Shown piece after piece: positions 11,315-24,790 of a stretch of DNA of 64,000 bases (the first letter of the stretch is position 1; the number at the start of each line of letters is the position of its first letter). The DNA comes from Mobula hypostoma (Eukaryota): assembly GCF_963921235.1 (NCBI RefSeq), contig NC_086097.1, forward strand, positions 209,314,001 to 209,378,000, given 5' to 3'. Position numbers and translations under genes: made by a program. The notes under the pieces are model-generated. The model was not told the origin of the DNA and did no database searches. It saw only the letters and a program-made list of their open reading frames with translations.

Positions 11315-14158
11315 AGATCATAGATCATAGAACATAGAATATAGAATAGTACAGCATAGTACAAGCCCTTCAGCCCACAATGTTGTGCCGACCCTTAAAC
11401 CCTGCCTCCCATATAAACCCCTACCTTAAATTCCTCCATATACCCGTCTAGTAGTCTCTTAAATTTCACTAGTGTATCTGCCTCCACCACTGACTTAGGC
11501 AGTGCATTCCACGCACCAACCACTCTCTGAGTAAAAAGCCTTCCTCTAATATCCCCCTTGAAATTCCCACCCCCTACATTAAAGCCATGTCCTCTTTTAT
11601 TGAGCAGTGGTGCCCCGGGGAAGAGGCGCTGGCTGTCCACTCTATCTATTCCTCTTAATATCTTGCATACCTCTATCATGTCTCCTCTCATCCTCCTTCT
11701 CTCCAAAGAGTAAAGCCCTAACTCCCTTAATCTCTGATCATAATGCATACTCTCTAAACCAGGCAGCATCCTGGTAAATCTCCTCTGTACCCTTTCCAAT
11801 GCTTCCACATCCTTCCTCTAGTGAGGCGACCAGAACTGGACACAGTACTCCAAGTGTGGCCTAACCCAAGTTTTATAGAGCTGCATCATTACCTCGCGAC
11901 TCTTAAACTCTATCCCTCAACTTATGAAAGCTAACACCCCATAAGCTTTCTTAACTACCCTATCTACCTGTGAGGCAACTTTCAGGGATCTGTGGACATG
12001 TACCTCCAGATCCCTCTGGTCCTCCACACTACCAATTATCCTGCCATTTACTTTGTACTCTGCCTTGGAGTTTGTCCTTCCAAAGTGTACCACCTCACAC
12101 TTCTCCAGGTTGAACTCCATCTGCCACTTCTCACCCCACTTCTGCATCCTATCAATGTCTCTCTGCAATCTTCGACAATCCTTTACACTATCGACAACAC
12201 CACGAACCTTTGTGTTGTCTGCAATCTTGCCAACCCACCCTTCTACCCCCACATCCAGGTTGTTAATAAAAATCACGAAAATTAGAGGTCCCAGAACCAA
12301 TCCTTGTGGGACACCACTAGTCACAATCCTCCAATCCGAATGTACTCCCTCCACCACGACCCTCTGCTTTCTGCAGGCAAGCCAATTCTGAATCCACCTG
12401 GCCAAACTTCCCTGGATCCCATGCCTTCTAACTTTCTGAATAAGCCTACCGTGTGGAACCTTGTCAAATGCCTTACTAAAATCCATATAGATCACATCCA
12501 CTGCACTACCCTCATCTATATGCCCGGTCACCTCCTCAAAGAACTCTATCAGGCTTGTTAGACACGATCTGCCCTTCACAAAGCCATGCTGACTGTCCCT
12601 GATCAGACCATGATTCTCTAAATGCCCATACATCCTATCTCCAAGAATCTTTTCCAACAGCTTTCCCACCACAGGCATAAGGTCCACTGGTCTATAATTA
12701 CCCAGACTATCCCTACTACCTTTTTTGAACAAGGGGACAACATTCGCCCTTCCGATCCTCCGGTACCATTCCCATGGACAACGAGGATATAAAGATCCTA
12801 GCCAGAGCCTCGGCAATCTCTTCCGTCACCTCGTGGAGCAGCCTGGGGAATATTCCATCAGGCCTCAGGGACTTATTCGTCATAATGTATTTTAACAACT
12901 CCAACACCTCCTCTCCCTTAATATCAACATGTTCCAGAACATCAACCTCACTCATATTGTCCTCACCATCATCAAGTTCCCTCTCATTGGTGAATACCGA
13001 AGAGAAGTATTCATTGAGGACCTCGCTCACTTCCACAGCCTCCAGGCATATCTTCCCACTTTTATCTCTAATCGGTCCTAACTTCACTCCTGTCATCCTT
13101 TTGTTCTTCACATAACTGAAGAATGCCTTGGGGTTTTCCTTTACCCTACTCACCAAGGCCTTCTCATGCCCCCTTCTTGCTCTCCTCAGCCCCTCCTTAA
13201 GCTCCTTTCTTGCTAGCCTATATTCCTCAATAGACCCATCTGATCCTTGCTTCTCAAACCTCATGTATGCTGCCTTCTTCCACCTGACTAGATTTTCCAC
13301 CTCACTTGTCACCCATGGTCCCTTCACCCTACCATTCTTTACCTTCCTCACCGGGACAAATTTATCCCTAACATCCTACAAGAGATACCTAAACATCGAC
13401 CACATGTCCATAGTACATTTCCTTGCAAAAACATCTTCCCAATTCACACCCACAAGTTCTAGCCTTATAGCCTCATAATTTGCCTTTCCCCAATTAAAAA
13501 TTTTCCTGTCCTCTCTCATTCTATCCTTTTCCATGATAATGCTGAAGGCTTGGGAGTGGTGGTCACTGTCCCCCCAGATGCTCACCAACTGAGAGATCTG
13601 TGACCTGACCCGGTTCATTACCTAATACTAGATCTAGTATGGCATTCGCCCTGGTCGGCCTGTCAACATACTGTGACAGGAATCCGTCCTGGACACACTT
13701 AACAAACTCTGCCCAATCTAAACCATTGGAACTAATCAGGTGCCAATCAATATTAGGGAAGTTATCACCCATGATAAGAACCCTGTTATTTTTGCACCTT
13801 TCCAAAATCTGCCTCCCAATCTGCTCCTTGATATCTCTGCTGCTGCCAGGGGGCCTATAGAATACCCCCAATAGAGTAACTGCTCTCTTCCTGTCCCTGA
13901 CTTCCACCCATACTGACTCAAAAGAAGATCCTGCTACATTACTCATCCTTTCTGTAGCTGTAATAGTATCCCTGACCAGTAATGCCACCCCTCCTCCACT
14001 TTCTCCCCCCTCTCTATCCCTTTTAAAGTACTGAAATCCAGGAATATTGAGAATCCATTCCTGCCCTGGTGCCAGCCAAGTCTCTGTAATGGCCACTACA
14101 TCATAATTCCATGTATGTATCCAAGCTGTCAGTTCATCACCTTTGTTCCTGATGCTTC
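11315..14158 (-). mobile_element. CR1 LINE with near full-length ORF2 (endonuclease plus RT), frameshifted
   Basis: NARSIRNK, VVAITETWL, GDSDH, QHGFVKGRSCLTSL, YMDFSKAFDKVPH, GVPQG and TQRVVGAWNALP motifs, with a (TTCTATG/A)n tail. Flanked by an imperfect 12-bp duplication, GTGTATTTTCAT (11303-11314) and GTGCATTTCCAT (14159-14170). Confidence 0.95.
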
Positions 14159-16988
14159 GTGCATTTCCATCAAGGAGATTTGTTTGATGAAGGAACAATG
14201 ATGTCTTTCAGTCAAATAATACAGAAATTTAACATACTCAACAAGAATCTTTTTTGTTTCTTTCAGATAAGAGATTATATACAGAAAAAAACATCATTGT
14301 TAACTGATTTCTCTAGTTCTGACATAGAAAAGAGGGTGTTTTGTTCTAAGGGTGAAGTCTCCGTTAGTACTTTTTACAGCATCCTGAGGGAATGTTCTTG
14401 TGGAGAGGCTGAGCAGCTGGGAAGGGTCTGGGAGGGAGAGCTGGAAGTAGAAATTACAGCTGAAACATGGGAAGACATCTGTGATAACGCAAAGAAAATT
14501 TCAGTTTGTAATAGGACTAAAGCATTGCAACTCAAAATTCTGCATAGAGCCCATCTGACTCCAGATCGCCTCTCGGAATTTAAGATGAGGGTTTCTCCAA
14601 TGTGTTCTAAATGTAAAGTAAATACTGAAACCTTCACCCACAGTTTTTGGGCTTGTCCCAAATTTCAGGCATACTGGAGTGATATTTTGGGTGAGTTGGA
14701 AAAGATTCTCAAGATGAAGCTTGAACTGGACCCAGTGTCTTTTCTCTTAGGCTTACCCAGCAGTCGTTTTATTAATGCACATCAGAAAAAACTTTTTAAC
14801 ATCCTGACTTTTTGTGTGAGGAAGAACATTTTATTTTGTTGGATATCCGATAAAGCCCCTGGACTTTTTGGTTGTTGTAAATTAATCATGGAATACGTTC
14901 CTTTGGACTTTTTGACATGCATGGTACACTCAAAAACAAATAGTTTTCATAAAACATGGCAACCTTTTCTGCAGTATGTAGATGTAAACCTGTCTGCTAT
15001 ACTAATAAGGGCTTTTGTACAGGATGTTGTGGTGATATCTATATTTTGATGGAAGTGTTCTGATAACTGATATCTGTGAGGGGAAGAAATGTAAATATAA
15101 ATATATCTGGAAATTGAAAGTTTTGTTATGCTGAGCAAAAAAGAATTTTTAAAAATTTTAAGCGTAAGAAATAAAGTTGATTAAAACACCTACAGTAAGT
15201 ACTTCTACAAATAATTTAAAAGTTAAAACAAATCAAAATAATTTTAAAAGAGCTTCCTACTCTTCTGGCTTAAAGGTGCATTAAATCAGTGGGCTTTGGA
15301 ACTGAGAAGCAACGGACCAGCACAATGTTGCAAATTCCAGCAAGATTGGACCTGCCACTGGACTCCATGGGGATCCAGCAGTAAAGATTAGACACAGATT
15401 CACAAGCTCAATAACTTCATCCCACTCCCCTAACCCTTAACAAATAGTTCAATAAGTCCTGAACTTTTGAACACCTACACATAAGTCTGGAGCTGACCTC
15501 AATTTGAATGGATGAACAAGAACAGTTCCACTTGGAGCTGTCAACCACAGTAAACAAGCCTCAGACTGGATTGTGTTACAGATATGAAAGTGCAATAATT
15601 ATTACTGGGGGCGGGGGGGGGGTGAACCACACATAATTATAAATTGCTTAACATTTCAATGTCAGCAGCCACAGAGCTGAGATCTCTGGTGTCCATTGCA
15701 CTGCGTGTAGTCCTAGTGAACCTTAATACTTGAGAAACAGATTAATTGTAGGCAGCAGTAATTTGTGATTTATACTCTTCGTGAGTCAGTGTTGCCACCA
15801 GACATGGCACTTATAACTGGTGAAAGAAATGGCGAGACAACTCATTTCCTTGTTGTTTTACACCTTTCTGGTGCTGTGACAGCCAAGCAAAAATGGGATA
15901 TTGTGGCAATTAGTGCTTACTAACAAAGCAGGGTTCTATCTAGGGCTAAAAGGAAAATTTGTTAAGAAAACTCAAAACTGCTGAATAGTTATTGGAAATC
16001 AGCAAGCCTGTTTCAGTGCCTAGATTTGTCAGCATAAAAGCTGCTACTGAGTTAACAGGTGGCCCAGAGTAGACTGTAGGATACATTTGGAGGATTAGTT
16101 GTAGAATGATCCATATTTTGTGCAATGTATTATTAATCAGAAAGTATTTAGATACTGATAGGTTCATAAAAATACATTAATATATACAAATAAAACATTT
16201 GTTTTGGAAGTATGATAAATGGCTGCTAATTAATTAGAAATTAGCAAAACCAAAAAAACCCAGTAGAAACTTTCTTAAGCTTGCCTTTCTAAAAAAGCTT
16301 GGCGGCTCCTTTAATTGGATGGGGCCAGCCCAGATGGCAAATTGTACTAGGTGTATAACTGTAGGGGAGGGGAAGGAAGGCAAGGGTGGATACTTAGACT
16401 CAGTAACTGAGGGAATAGCCATGATCTCAAAGGTGAATACAGGGGCAAAGCAAAAGGACAGATAGGTGTGCATCTGTACAGCAGCATGCTCCAGACTTTG
16501 AGATGAAGTGTCAAATGTGGAGGACTGGAGTATACTGCTGTACAAAAAGTAGGCTGCCACCAGGTATCCATGGAACTGCCAGCTCACCAGCCCCATGTAA
16601 TTAAGGGATCAAAAATCATTTTCATTCGCCATATACATTTACATGTATTAGGAATTTGCTGTGTAGTGTTGGCACAACATGCAACAAAGAAGCAACATTC
16701 AACAATTATAAAAATAATGTTAGATATTTAACGTACAGATGTGTAATAAAATGTGGATAAGTACACAACTACCAGCATGTACTTGCAATGTAATATTCAT
16801 AAAAGGTGGTTTAAAGTGTTTACAGTGCAGTGTCACGTTTGAGGTAATAGATGAACAGGGTTGGGAAGGGTGACTAGAATGGCTGATCAGATTAATTTAC
16901 TGGACGAAGAAACCTTTAAGATTGTGTACTTTATTTTTGTTTTGTTAGCCCTATAGCGCTTTCCAGAAGGGAGCTTTTGGAAAAGTCA

Positions 16989-17194
16989 AACACGTGGAAA
17001 TCTGCTGATGCTGGAAATTCAAGCAACACACACAAAATGCTGGAGGAACGCAGCAGGCCTGACAGCATCCATAGGAAGAAGCACAGTCGATGTTTCAAGC
17101 CGAGTCCTGACGAAGGGTCTCAGCCCGAAACGTCGACTGTGCTTCTTCTATGGATGCTGTCTGGCTGCTGCGTTCCGCCAGCATTTTGTGTGTG
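16989..17194 (+). mobile_element. 206-bp Penelope-derived fold-back (inverted pseudo-LTR) element
   Basis: Two inverted copies of the Penelope tail sequence, flanked by a perfect 14-bp duplication TTTTGGAAAAGTCA (16975-16988 and 17195-17208). Confidence 0.9.
17103..17138 (+). ncRNA. Minimal type I hammerhead ribozyme motif
   Basis: AGTC-CTGACGA-A-GGG-TCTCAG-CCC-GAAA-C-GTC-GACT. Stem I is AGUC/GACU, the core is CUGANGA and GAAA, stem II is GGG/CCC, and stem III is the loopless palindrome ACGU. The GUC cleavage triplet ends at 17134. Confidence 0.8.
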
Positions 17195-17671
17195 TTTTGG
17201 AAAAGTCAGTTTGCCGGACGGATGGCAACTGCAATGACTCCCTGCCCGCTTCCTAGTCCTGGACACATATGAAACTGGCAGTGATGGTAGACTGCAGCTA
17301 ATGACTTTTTCCACTGACCTGACAGTTTGCAGCATTTTTTCTATATTATGAGAAGATGTTGCACCAAACCAGACGGTAATGGCTAATGCAAGAATGCTGT
17401 CACTGATTGCACCAGTATGATCTGAGGAAGATGGAATTTTACCCAGTTTCCAGTAAGATGGTAACACACTTGGTTGCAGTGGACACGCTGGGTCCAAAAA
17501 AAAGCATAAATGTGGCTTAAATGTTTGTCTTATGATCACAAGACTGTTTGATATTGGGAAGACAAAACACTGCAATTCCAGTTCATTGGTTCATTGCTGC
17601 ATGATTTCAATTGTTGACATCATCCAGTTATAGCTACTCAGAGGAGGAGGCACTGGAAGGGGTGTAGGAGT

Positions 17672-18075
17672 TCAGAAGAATGAGGAGGGATCGCATCGAA
17701 ACCTTTCTAATATTGAAAAGCCTACATAGACAGGATGCAGACAGGATGTTTCCAGTAGTGTGGGTGCCTGGGATCAGACAGCGTAGCCTCAGAATAGAAG
17801 GAATGCCTTTAAAATAGAGATGAGGAGGAATTTCTGTAGCCAGAGGGTGGTGAATCTGTGGTATTCATTGCCACAAATGGTTGTGAAAGGCATGTCATTC
17901 GGTATATTTAAAGCGGAGGTTGATATGTTCTTGATTTTACTAAAGATTATAGCATCAAAGACTATGGGGAGAAGGCAGGAAAATGGGGTTGAGAAGGATA
18001 ATAAATCAGCCATGCTGAATGGGTGGAGCACACTCAATGGGCCAAATAGCCTCATTCTGCCCCTATGTGTAATTT
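17672..18075 (+). mobile_element. CR1 LINE 3' end (second subfamily)
   Basis: EMRRNFCSQRVVNLWYSLPQ..GIFKAEVDMFL. Confidence 0.88.
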
Positions 18076-18104
18076 TCTTTTGTTAATGAAGGAGATATGA
18101 TTTT

Positions 18105-18760
18105 CCCACAAGGTGCTGTGAAATAATAATGCTCAGAAACCTGAGTATTAACGTGGTGCTAACTGTACATTTGTAGATGATGAGTGATTGGAGAGGACAT
18201 GCACTATTCTTGATGTTGATATTTGTCTCCATGGTTTTGAAGGCATTCAGTTCCAAGTTGTTGTGATTGCAATGGGACACTAGCTTGTTTATTTCCTGGT
18301 TATATTTGGATTTGTCATCTTTGGTAATTAGTCTGGAGGCAGTAGTGTCATCCGCAAACTTTATTAGTTTAACTGATGAATCACTGGAGACACAGCCTTT
18401 GGTGTATATCACAAAGATAGGAGAGGGAAGAGGACACACTCCAGAGGTGCACCAGCATTGAGTGAGCAGGATGTGCAGATGTACTTGTCTAGTCTCACAA
18501 GCTGCCTCCTGTCAGAGAGGAAGTTTGTGACCCACCTGCAATTTGCAGAGCTTGGGGATGATGGTATTGAAGCCTGAACTGAAATCAACAAAGAGAATCT
18601 TGACATATGTACCAGAGAAGTTGTGATGCTGTAGTATGAAGTCCAGACCAATATTAACCGCAGCATTTACAGATCTGTTAGCTCTGTAGGCGAACTGCGG
18701 TGGTACTACCAAAACTACCAGGCTTGATGGCTTTGACCATTTCCTGTCTCACAGAACAGG
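18105..18760 (-). mobile_element. Rex1/Babar-type LINE RT fragment
   Basis: QFAYRANRSV, KILFVDFSSGFNTIIP, IKFADDTT and NLELNAFKTME motifs. Confidence 0.85.
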
Positions 18761-19972
18761 TGGTAAATTATGGCAATTTCTCAAAGCTCTGTCATCCTTT
18801 GAATGAACATTTTAAATAGTACATTCCAAATGTTCCTTCCTTGAACATTTGAGATAATATTATAAAATGAATAATTACTCAGAGCATTGTGATAGACTGC
18901 AGCAATAAAGGGAATATTCTCATTCATAGGATATAGCATGATTTTATGAAAAATTCCATAATTTCCATACATCTTCAAAACTCTAGATATAAAATAGCAA
19001 AAAATAGACTATGCTCAAGTTAAGATCTAAGTAGTCATACATCGAGAAAGGTTATGCTATCACTTTGAAAGAGTACTCCAAGGAGTCATTCACCATGGCC
19101 ACTTGCTCTGGTGAGCAGCACGGTGGGCCACAAGCTGACTGGGATGACATTTTAAAGAAAAATCAGAAAACTTGTAAAGCAGAATTGTGATGCAATTCTG
19201 TACACTGTTACCGTAGCAATGAAAATGCACTGAAAACAGAGTTTCAGAGAAAAAGTAGTCCAGTTCCACCACTATTAAAAGTCAAAGAAGAATTGGGTTG
19301 CAGTGATTCATTTGTTCTATGCATTTATTTTTCAAAAAAATTGTCTTATAACTTTCAGTCCTTGGAAAGAGGGGAGCCATGGAGTCATAAGTAGCTAGCC
19401 ATCTGGACACAAGCTGGGGTCTGATCAGCCCCAGCTGGATCACCTGGAGGAGGTTGTATGATGTTGAAAGACCCGAAACACCCGATGATTCCAGGAACAT
19501 CACTGAAGATGTGTCCAGAAGCATCATTCTTAAAAGTTTGCAAAGATTTGCCATGTCATTTAAAACTTTAACAAATTTTTATAGAAGCACAATGAAGAGA
19601 ATGCTGATTGACTACATTATGGCCTGCTTTGAACATACCAATAGCCTACAAAAAAAAGTGGATACAGCCCAGACCATCACAGGGAAAGTCCTTCACATTA
19701 TTGAACACATCTACAAGGAGCAGTATCACAGGAACGCAGCATCGATCATTAAGGGCCCCCAATATCCAGGCCATTCTTTTTTCTCACTGCTGCCATCAGA
19801 TAGGAAGTATAGGTGCCTTGGGTTCGACACAATTAGGTTCAGGAAAAGTTATTACCATTTACCATCAGGATCTTGAACCAGAGGGGATAACTTTACTCAA
19901 CTTTACTCACCCTAACACCAAATTCACTTTCAAGGATTTTTCAACTCATGTACCTCATATTTGTTGCTTAAT

Positions 19973-22620
19973 TATGTTTTTTCTCAGCTCAAGCTGGTAA
20001 AATCAAAGGTACAGGCATAGTCAAGCGTACTCATTTCTCAATTGCTAGGAACTTTCTGACTATTCTTGTGGCGTTTAGTATTGTGGCTTTCTGGAAATTT
20101 ACATAAATATTTCTATGCAGGTCTGATTGTTCAATGCTTCTGTCTATTGACTTTGGGGTCATACCAGTCAAAGATATTACTATTGGGATGATGTTCTTGA
20201 CCCATAGTTTTTCAATTTCCTCTCTTAATTCAGCATGTTTCTGGTGTTTTTCACATATTGATTTCAGTACGTTATGTGTATTTGGAATGGCTGTATCTAT
20301 TAAGTAAGTTGTTCATACTTGTTTATCATGTCATATTATATCCAATGGTTATTATGTATATCTGTCTCTATATAGATGGATATTATGTACTGTATCTACC
20401 TGCAATAATGGATTGGTCGTATTATAATTTGTAGGACTCAGGCTCTAAAACTGGATCAGGCTTATATTCAGAGTAAGGTATGGTGTCTTTTAAGAGTTTG
20501 TATTTTAAAGCAAGATCTTGATGAATGTTGTTTGCTATTTGGTTGTGTTAAACTGCTGCATGATCCTGTACTGTGTTGGATTGTTTCTGGTTTCTCTTGG
20601 CATTTTCTGCATTTATCGTCTTGAATTTGTTGGTCTTTTATTATTTATTTTTGATGGGTTTTTTTTTGTGTTGACCACCTGGTCCTGTATTGCCACAAGG
20701 AACCCATCTGTTTCCGGGAAATAATCTCCAACTCTGAGCCAGATCTTCGCTGCCTCCTTGTTGACATCTAGTCTGCTCAGTTCGTGGGAATGTCTTCCAT
20801 GGAGAGTCATGTTCTTCCAACGGTTAACTTTTTCTTTTCTGGTGATAATTTCTTCATTTTTCTGGGTTATGCTCTCATTTAAATTTAATGGTGTGTACTT
20901 AACAGAATTGCATATACTTGTATGAAATACCAAATCCTTTTTGCATTGATGAAAATATATCCTTAGAAGTTTTGTCTGACTGCTGTGTAAATTTTTTATG
21001 TCTGTTATTCTTCTTCCTCCGTCTTTCCTAAGTAGTGTTAATCTAAGTGTGTTCAAGTGTACATAGTGTTTTCTAAAACTTGTCATTTCAGTTCTTTATT
21101 TTTGTAATTTTCCAGATTGGTTTCAGACCAAGATATTATATCAACAGAATACGTTAATGTGGGTATAGCAAGAGTATTTATGTCTTTGTTATATTTTTAC
21201 TGGTGAGCTTCTTAAGCCTTGAAGTAAATTCTGCTGTAAGTTTTCCCTTTAAAGCAGTATGATCCTTTTTCTTTGCTCGTTGGTATCCCAGATACTTACA
21301 TAGAGCCATATAGTCATAGAGAGAGTACAACACAGAAATAGGCCCTTTAGCATATCTAGTCCATGGTGAAACCATTTAAACTGCCTACTCCCATCGAGCT
21401 GCACCGGACCATAGCCCTTCATACTCCTACTATCCTGTACCTACCAAACTTCTCTTAAACATTGAAATCGAGCTCGCATGCACCACTTGTGCTGGCAGCT
21501 CATTCCACACTCTCACGACCCTTTTAGTGAAGAAGTTTTATCTCATGTTCCCTTTAAACTTTTTACCTTTCACCACTAACCCATGAATGCTGGTTGTAGT
21601 CCCACACAACCTCAGTGGAAAAATCCTGCTTGCACTTACCCTATCTATACTTGTCATAATTTTGTATACCTCTATTAAGTCTCCTCCCAATCTTCTATGT
21701 TCCAAGTAATAAAGTCCTAAACTATTCACTCTTTCCTTATAACTCAGGTTCTCTAGTCCTGACAATATCCTTGTAAATTTTCTCTGTACTCTTTCAACCT
21801 TGTTTACATCTCTCCTGTAAGTAGGTGAGCAAAACTGCACACAATACTCCAAATTAGGCCTCACCAACGTCCTACACAAATTCAACATAACATCACATCT
21901 CCTGTACTCAATACATTGATTTATGACGGCCAATTATGGACCAGTATTCCCAGATCTCTTTGTTCAACCACACTCCTCAGAGCCCTAGCATTTACTAGCC
22001 CTACCCTGGTTGGTCCTTCCGAAGTGCAAAACCTCAGACTTTTCTGCATACAATTCCATCAGCCACTTTTCAGCCCATTTTTCCAGCTGAAGCAGATCCC
22101 GTGCAAGCCATGATAGCCTTCCTCGCTGTCCACTACACCCTCCGATCTTGGTGTCGTTCACAAATTTGCGCATCCAGATCATTAATATAGATGACAAACA
22201 ACAAAGGACCCAGCACCAATCCCTGCGGCACACCATTAGTCATGGGCCTCCAGTCAAAGAAGCAACCATCTACTACCTCTCTCTGGCTTCTCCCACAAAG
22301 CCAATACCTAACCCAATTTACTACCTCATCTTGAATGCCATGGGACTGAACCTTCTTGCCCAACTTCCCATGTGGGACCTTGTCATTTTTATGGTGTTTC
22401 ATATTCAGCCATTGGTTGTATGTATTGTGCTGCTCTGTTATATATTCTACTAGCTCTATTGCACATTTCTTTATGTTTAATGTTCTGCACTTATCTAGTC
22501 CAAAGTTAAAGTTAATATCTTTCAAAAATAGTTCTACTATTTCAATTAATTGTTTTAGCTTCATTGATGAAGGAGTGTATAAGTTCAAATCATCCATGCA
22601 TACAAGGTGTGTCAAGGTTA
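19973..22620 (-). mobile_element. R4/Dong-clade (RLE-type) non-LTR retrotransposon, 5'-truncated and decayed
   Basis: [61 protein letters not shown], a CRKC..H..C zinc knuckle and a YLIDTAIP..EKHQKH restriction-like endonuclease segment. Very AT-rich. Confidence 0.82.
21303..22385 (-). mobile_element. CR1 LINE 3' portion nested in the R4 element
   Basis: [41 protein letters not shown] and a CR1-type tail near 21303-21330. Confidence 0.92.
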
Positions 22621-23834
22621 TTATTATTAATTTTTTCCTTTGGTATTTGTACATTGTCCATCTTTGTTTTGTGTTGTTTTTCATTGATTCTGTTGTGGTT
22701 CTTTGTATTTACTGTGACTGCCTGCAAAAAATGAATCTCAGGGTGACGTATATGTACTTTGATAATAAATTTACATTGGCATGCTTTGATATGCATATCC
22801 TGTCATCTCTGAACATTTAATTTCCTCAAATATCTTAAATCTTCAATTGTTCTTGATTTTTGTCTTGTGTATACCTACTGCAAGGCAAGTTTTCCTTTGA
22901 AATAACAGTTATTTCAGGATTATATTAGATTATTTAACCATAATTCAATTAAAAATTGTGAGTGAGAGCAGATCCAGTTCCATTTATTTTTATATATGCT
23001 ATGATGGTTCAGAACATTAGATGGTGCACTTGCAACAAAGTGATGCAGCACCACTAAGAAATGCATTCAAACATTCAGAATAGATTTTAAATCTGTTTCT
23101 TTCACCTTAATATTTTTGGAATAAATAAAAAGCAACTAAGCACTGAAGTAACATTGTCATGTAATTGTAAATTAAATAGAGTGGCTTGTAGTTGACAGTG
23201 TTTAAAATGGCAAATAGGGAGGATAACTGGAGCTTGGGAACATTTCATTACCACTGATATACTAATACAAAATGGGACCTGACATTGAGACAGGTTGGCA
23301 AAATGCCAAAGTAAAAGACTGCATGGAGAAGTCACTGGTAAATTACAAATAGTATGCAATATTCAGCTCCAGTTCATTCCACAGTTGTCTTATCAAAGAT
23401 TGACAACCTAGGATATATTTTGATGGTAACTGTTAATAAAATACCGACTTAAAATCTCACTGCCATGTTTTGAGTAATTGCATACATTTGATAAATTAAA
23501 CTAATTTTATTGAAAAGATAATTTAATTTGCCAAGATGAATTCCATTGATCAGTGTTGCATGAATAGATGGTGTTTGTTCTCTTTCTCGTACATCAGTAT
23601 TTATCATAATTGCTTAACATCAAGCCACCACATTCATTGTTAGCACATTGAAGTATAAATATGAGGAATAATCATATTTATACCACCTCCTTTCCCCAAA
23701 TGTGCATAGGTACCTTGATGCTGTGTTAACACAATCCCTCAACACACTTACAGAAACCAGACCAACTCCACATTACCTACTTATTACCACCATAGCTACA
23801 TTCAGCCATGTGCTAGCAATTACCTAGAGGTCCA

Positions 23835-24790
23835 GTTCAAGGTCAAGTTCAGTTTATTGCTGTTCAACCACATACATATATACCACCAAACAAAACAATA
23901 TTCCTCTGAACCGGGGAACACAGTACATATAACTCACACACAACACATAAAGTAATATTACCACAAATAAATTAACAAATAATAAGGTGAATTTATGACA
24001 AGTTAGAAAGTAATTAGTGTAATGTTACTGGAGCTTCATGCGTGATGAGATGTGGGTGGCAGTAGGCAGTTCAGTAGACTTAGAACCTGGGGATAGAAGC
24101 TGTTTTCCAACCGAACAGTTCATGTCTAATGCTATGGTCCCTCCTGCCCGATGGTGGGGGGGCAAAGATATTTATGAATTTTACATAAAATTGAACCATT
24201 GTTATGATCAGGAAGGGCTCCACTTTGCCTACTGAGTCTATGCAAGTTCCTGGCAGAGTAATCATATCCATCCATTTCACTTGCTCCATTCCTATGGTCT
24301 TGCAAAATATAATTCATCAAAGAAGGCAAGTCTTCTGTGGCAGCACCTCGTAAACTCATGACTCTGTGACCTGGAAGGATGAGAGTGACAAGCACCTGGA
24401 AATGCCACCAACTTAGAAATATATTTCTGTTCCCTGATCCTCACAGTGTTAAAATGTTGGAACTCTTCACTTTGAAACTGTTGGATGGATGGAAGGGATC
24501 ATTGATAATGCTAAGGGCCCTGCGTATGCAACGTTCCTGATAAATATCTCTCAGGGGTGGAAGAGAGACCCTGAAGATCCTCTCAGCGATCCTTACAATT
24601 CTTTGTTGCAGTCAAATGCCTTTCAATTCCTACACCAGATGATGATGAGCTGGTCAGGACACTCTTGAAGGCACTCCCGTAAAGCTGGTTAGAATGGTGG
24701 GGGGGTGATGAGATTGTCCATTATATGCACTTCCAGAAACTTGGTGCTCCTAATTCTCTCCAAGGAGGAGTCATGTATGTGCTTTGTGGC
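23835..24790 (-). mobile_element. Rex1/Babar-type 3' fragment carrying a ~310-bp foreign insert
   Basis: Rex-type tail (GTTCAAG repeats). The element breaks at GGCAAAGA (24168) and resumes at CTGTTGGATGGATGG (24478). Confidence 0.7.

Larger units (their letters stand above)
7700..15190 (+). mobile_element. L1/Tx1-clade LINE with near-complete ORF2 remnant, interrupted by Rex1 and CR1 insertions
   Basis: ATG at 8090 opens MTSNILKLCTWNI..LLQEMHL (APE endonuclease), followed by TRIDFFL and SDHAAV. RT motifs YRPISLLNVDFKI, QGCPLSPLFF, LYVDDVLIF and FVYLGIFI are present, then a C-terminal CSKC..H..WAC knuckle and AATAAA near 15170. Many stops and frameshifts. Confidence 0.92.
16615..17500 (-). 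mobile_element. Rex1/Babar-type LINE 3' fragment (host of the fold-back element)
   Basis: SILALAITVWFG..LQTVRSVEKVISCSLPSL..Y.SRTRKRAG on the minus strand and a Rex-type 3' UTR. Confidence 0.75.
19500..22780 (+). mobile_element. Rex1/Babar-type LINE 3' portion, split by the R4 and CR1 insertions
   Basis: KTLTNFYRST..HSFFSLLPSDRKYRCL (19500-19880). The 3' UTR breaks near 19972 and resumes near 22618, ending GTACTTTGATAATAAATTTAC. Confidence 0.8.
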
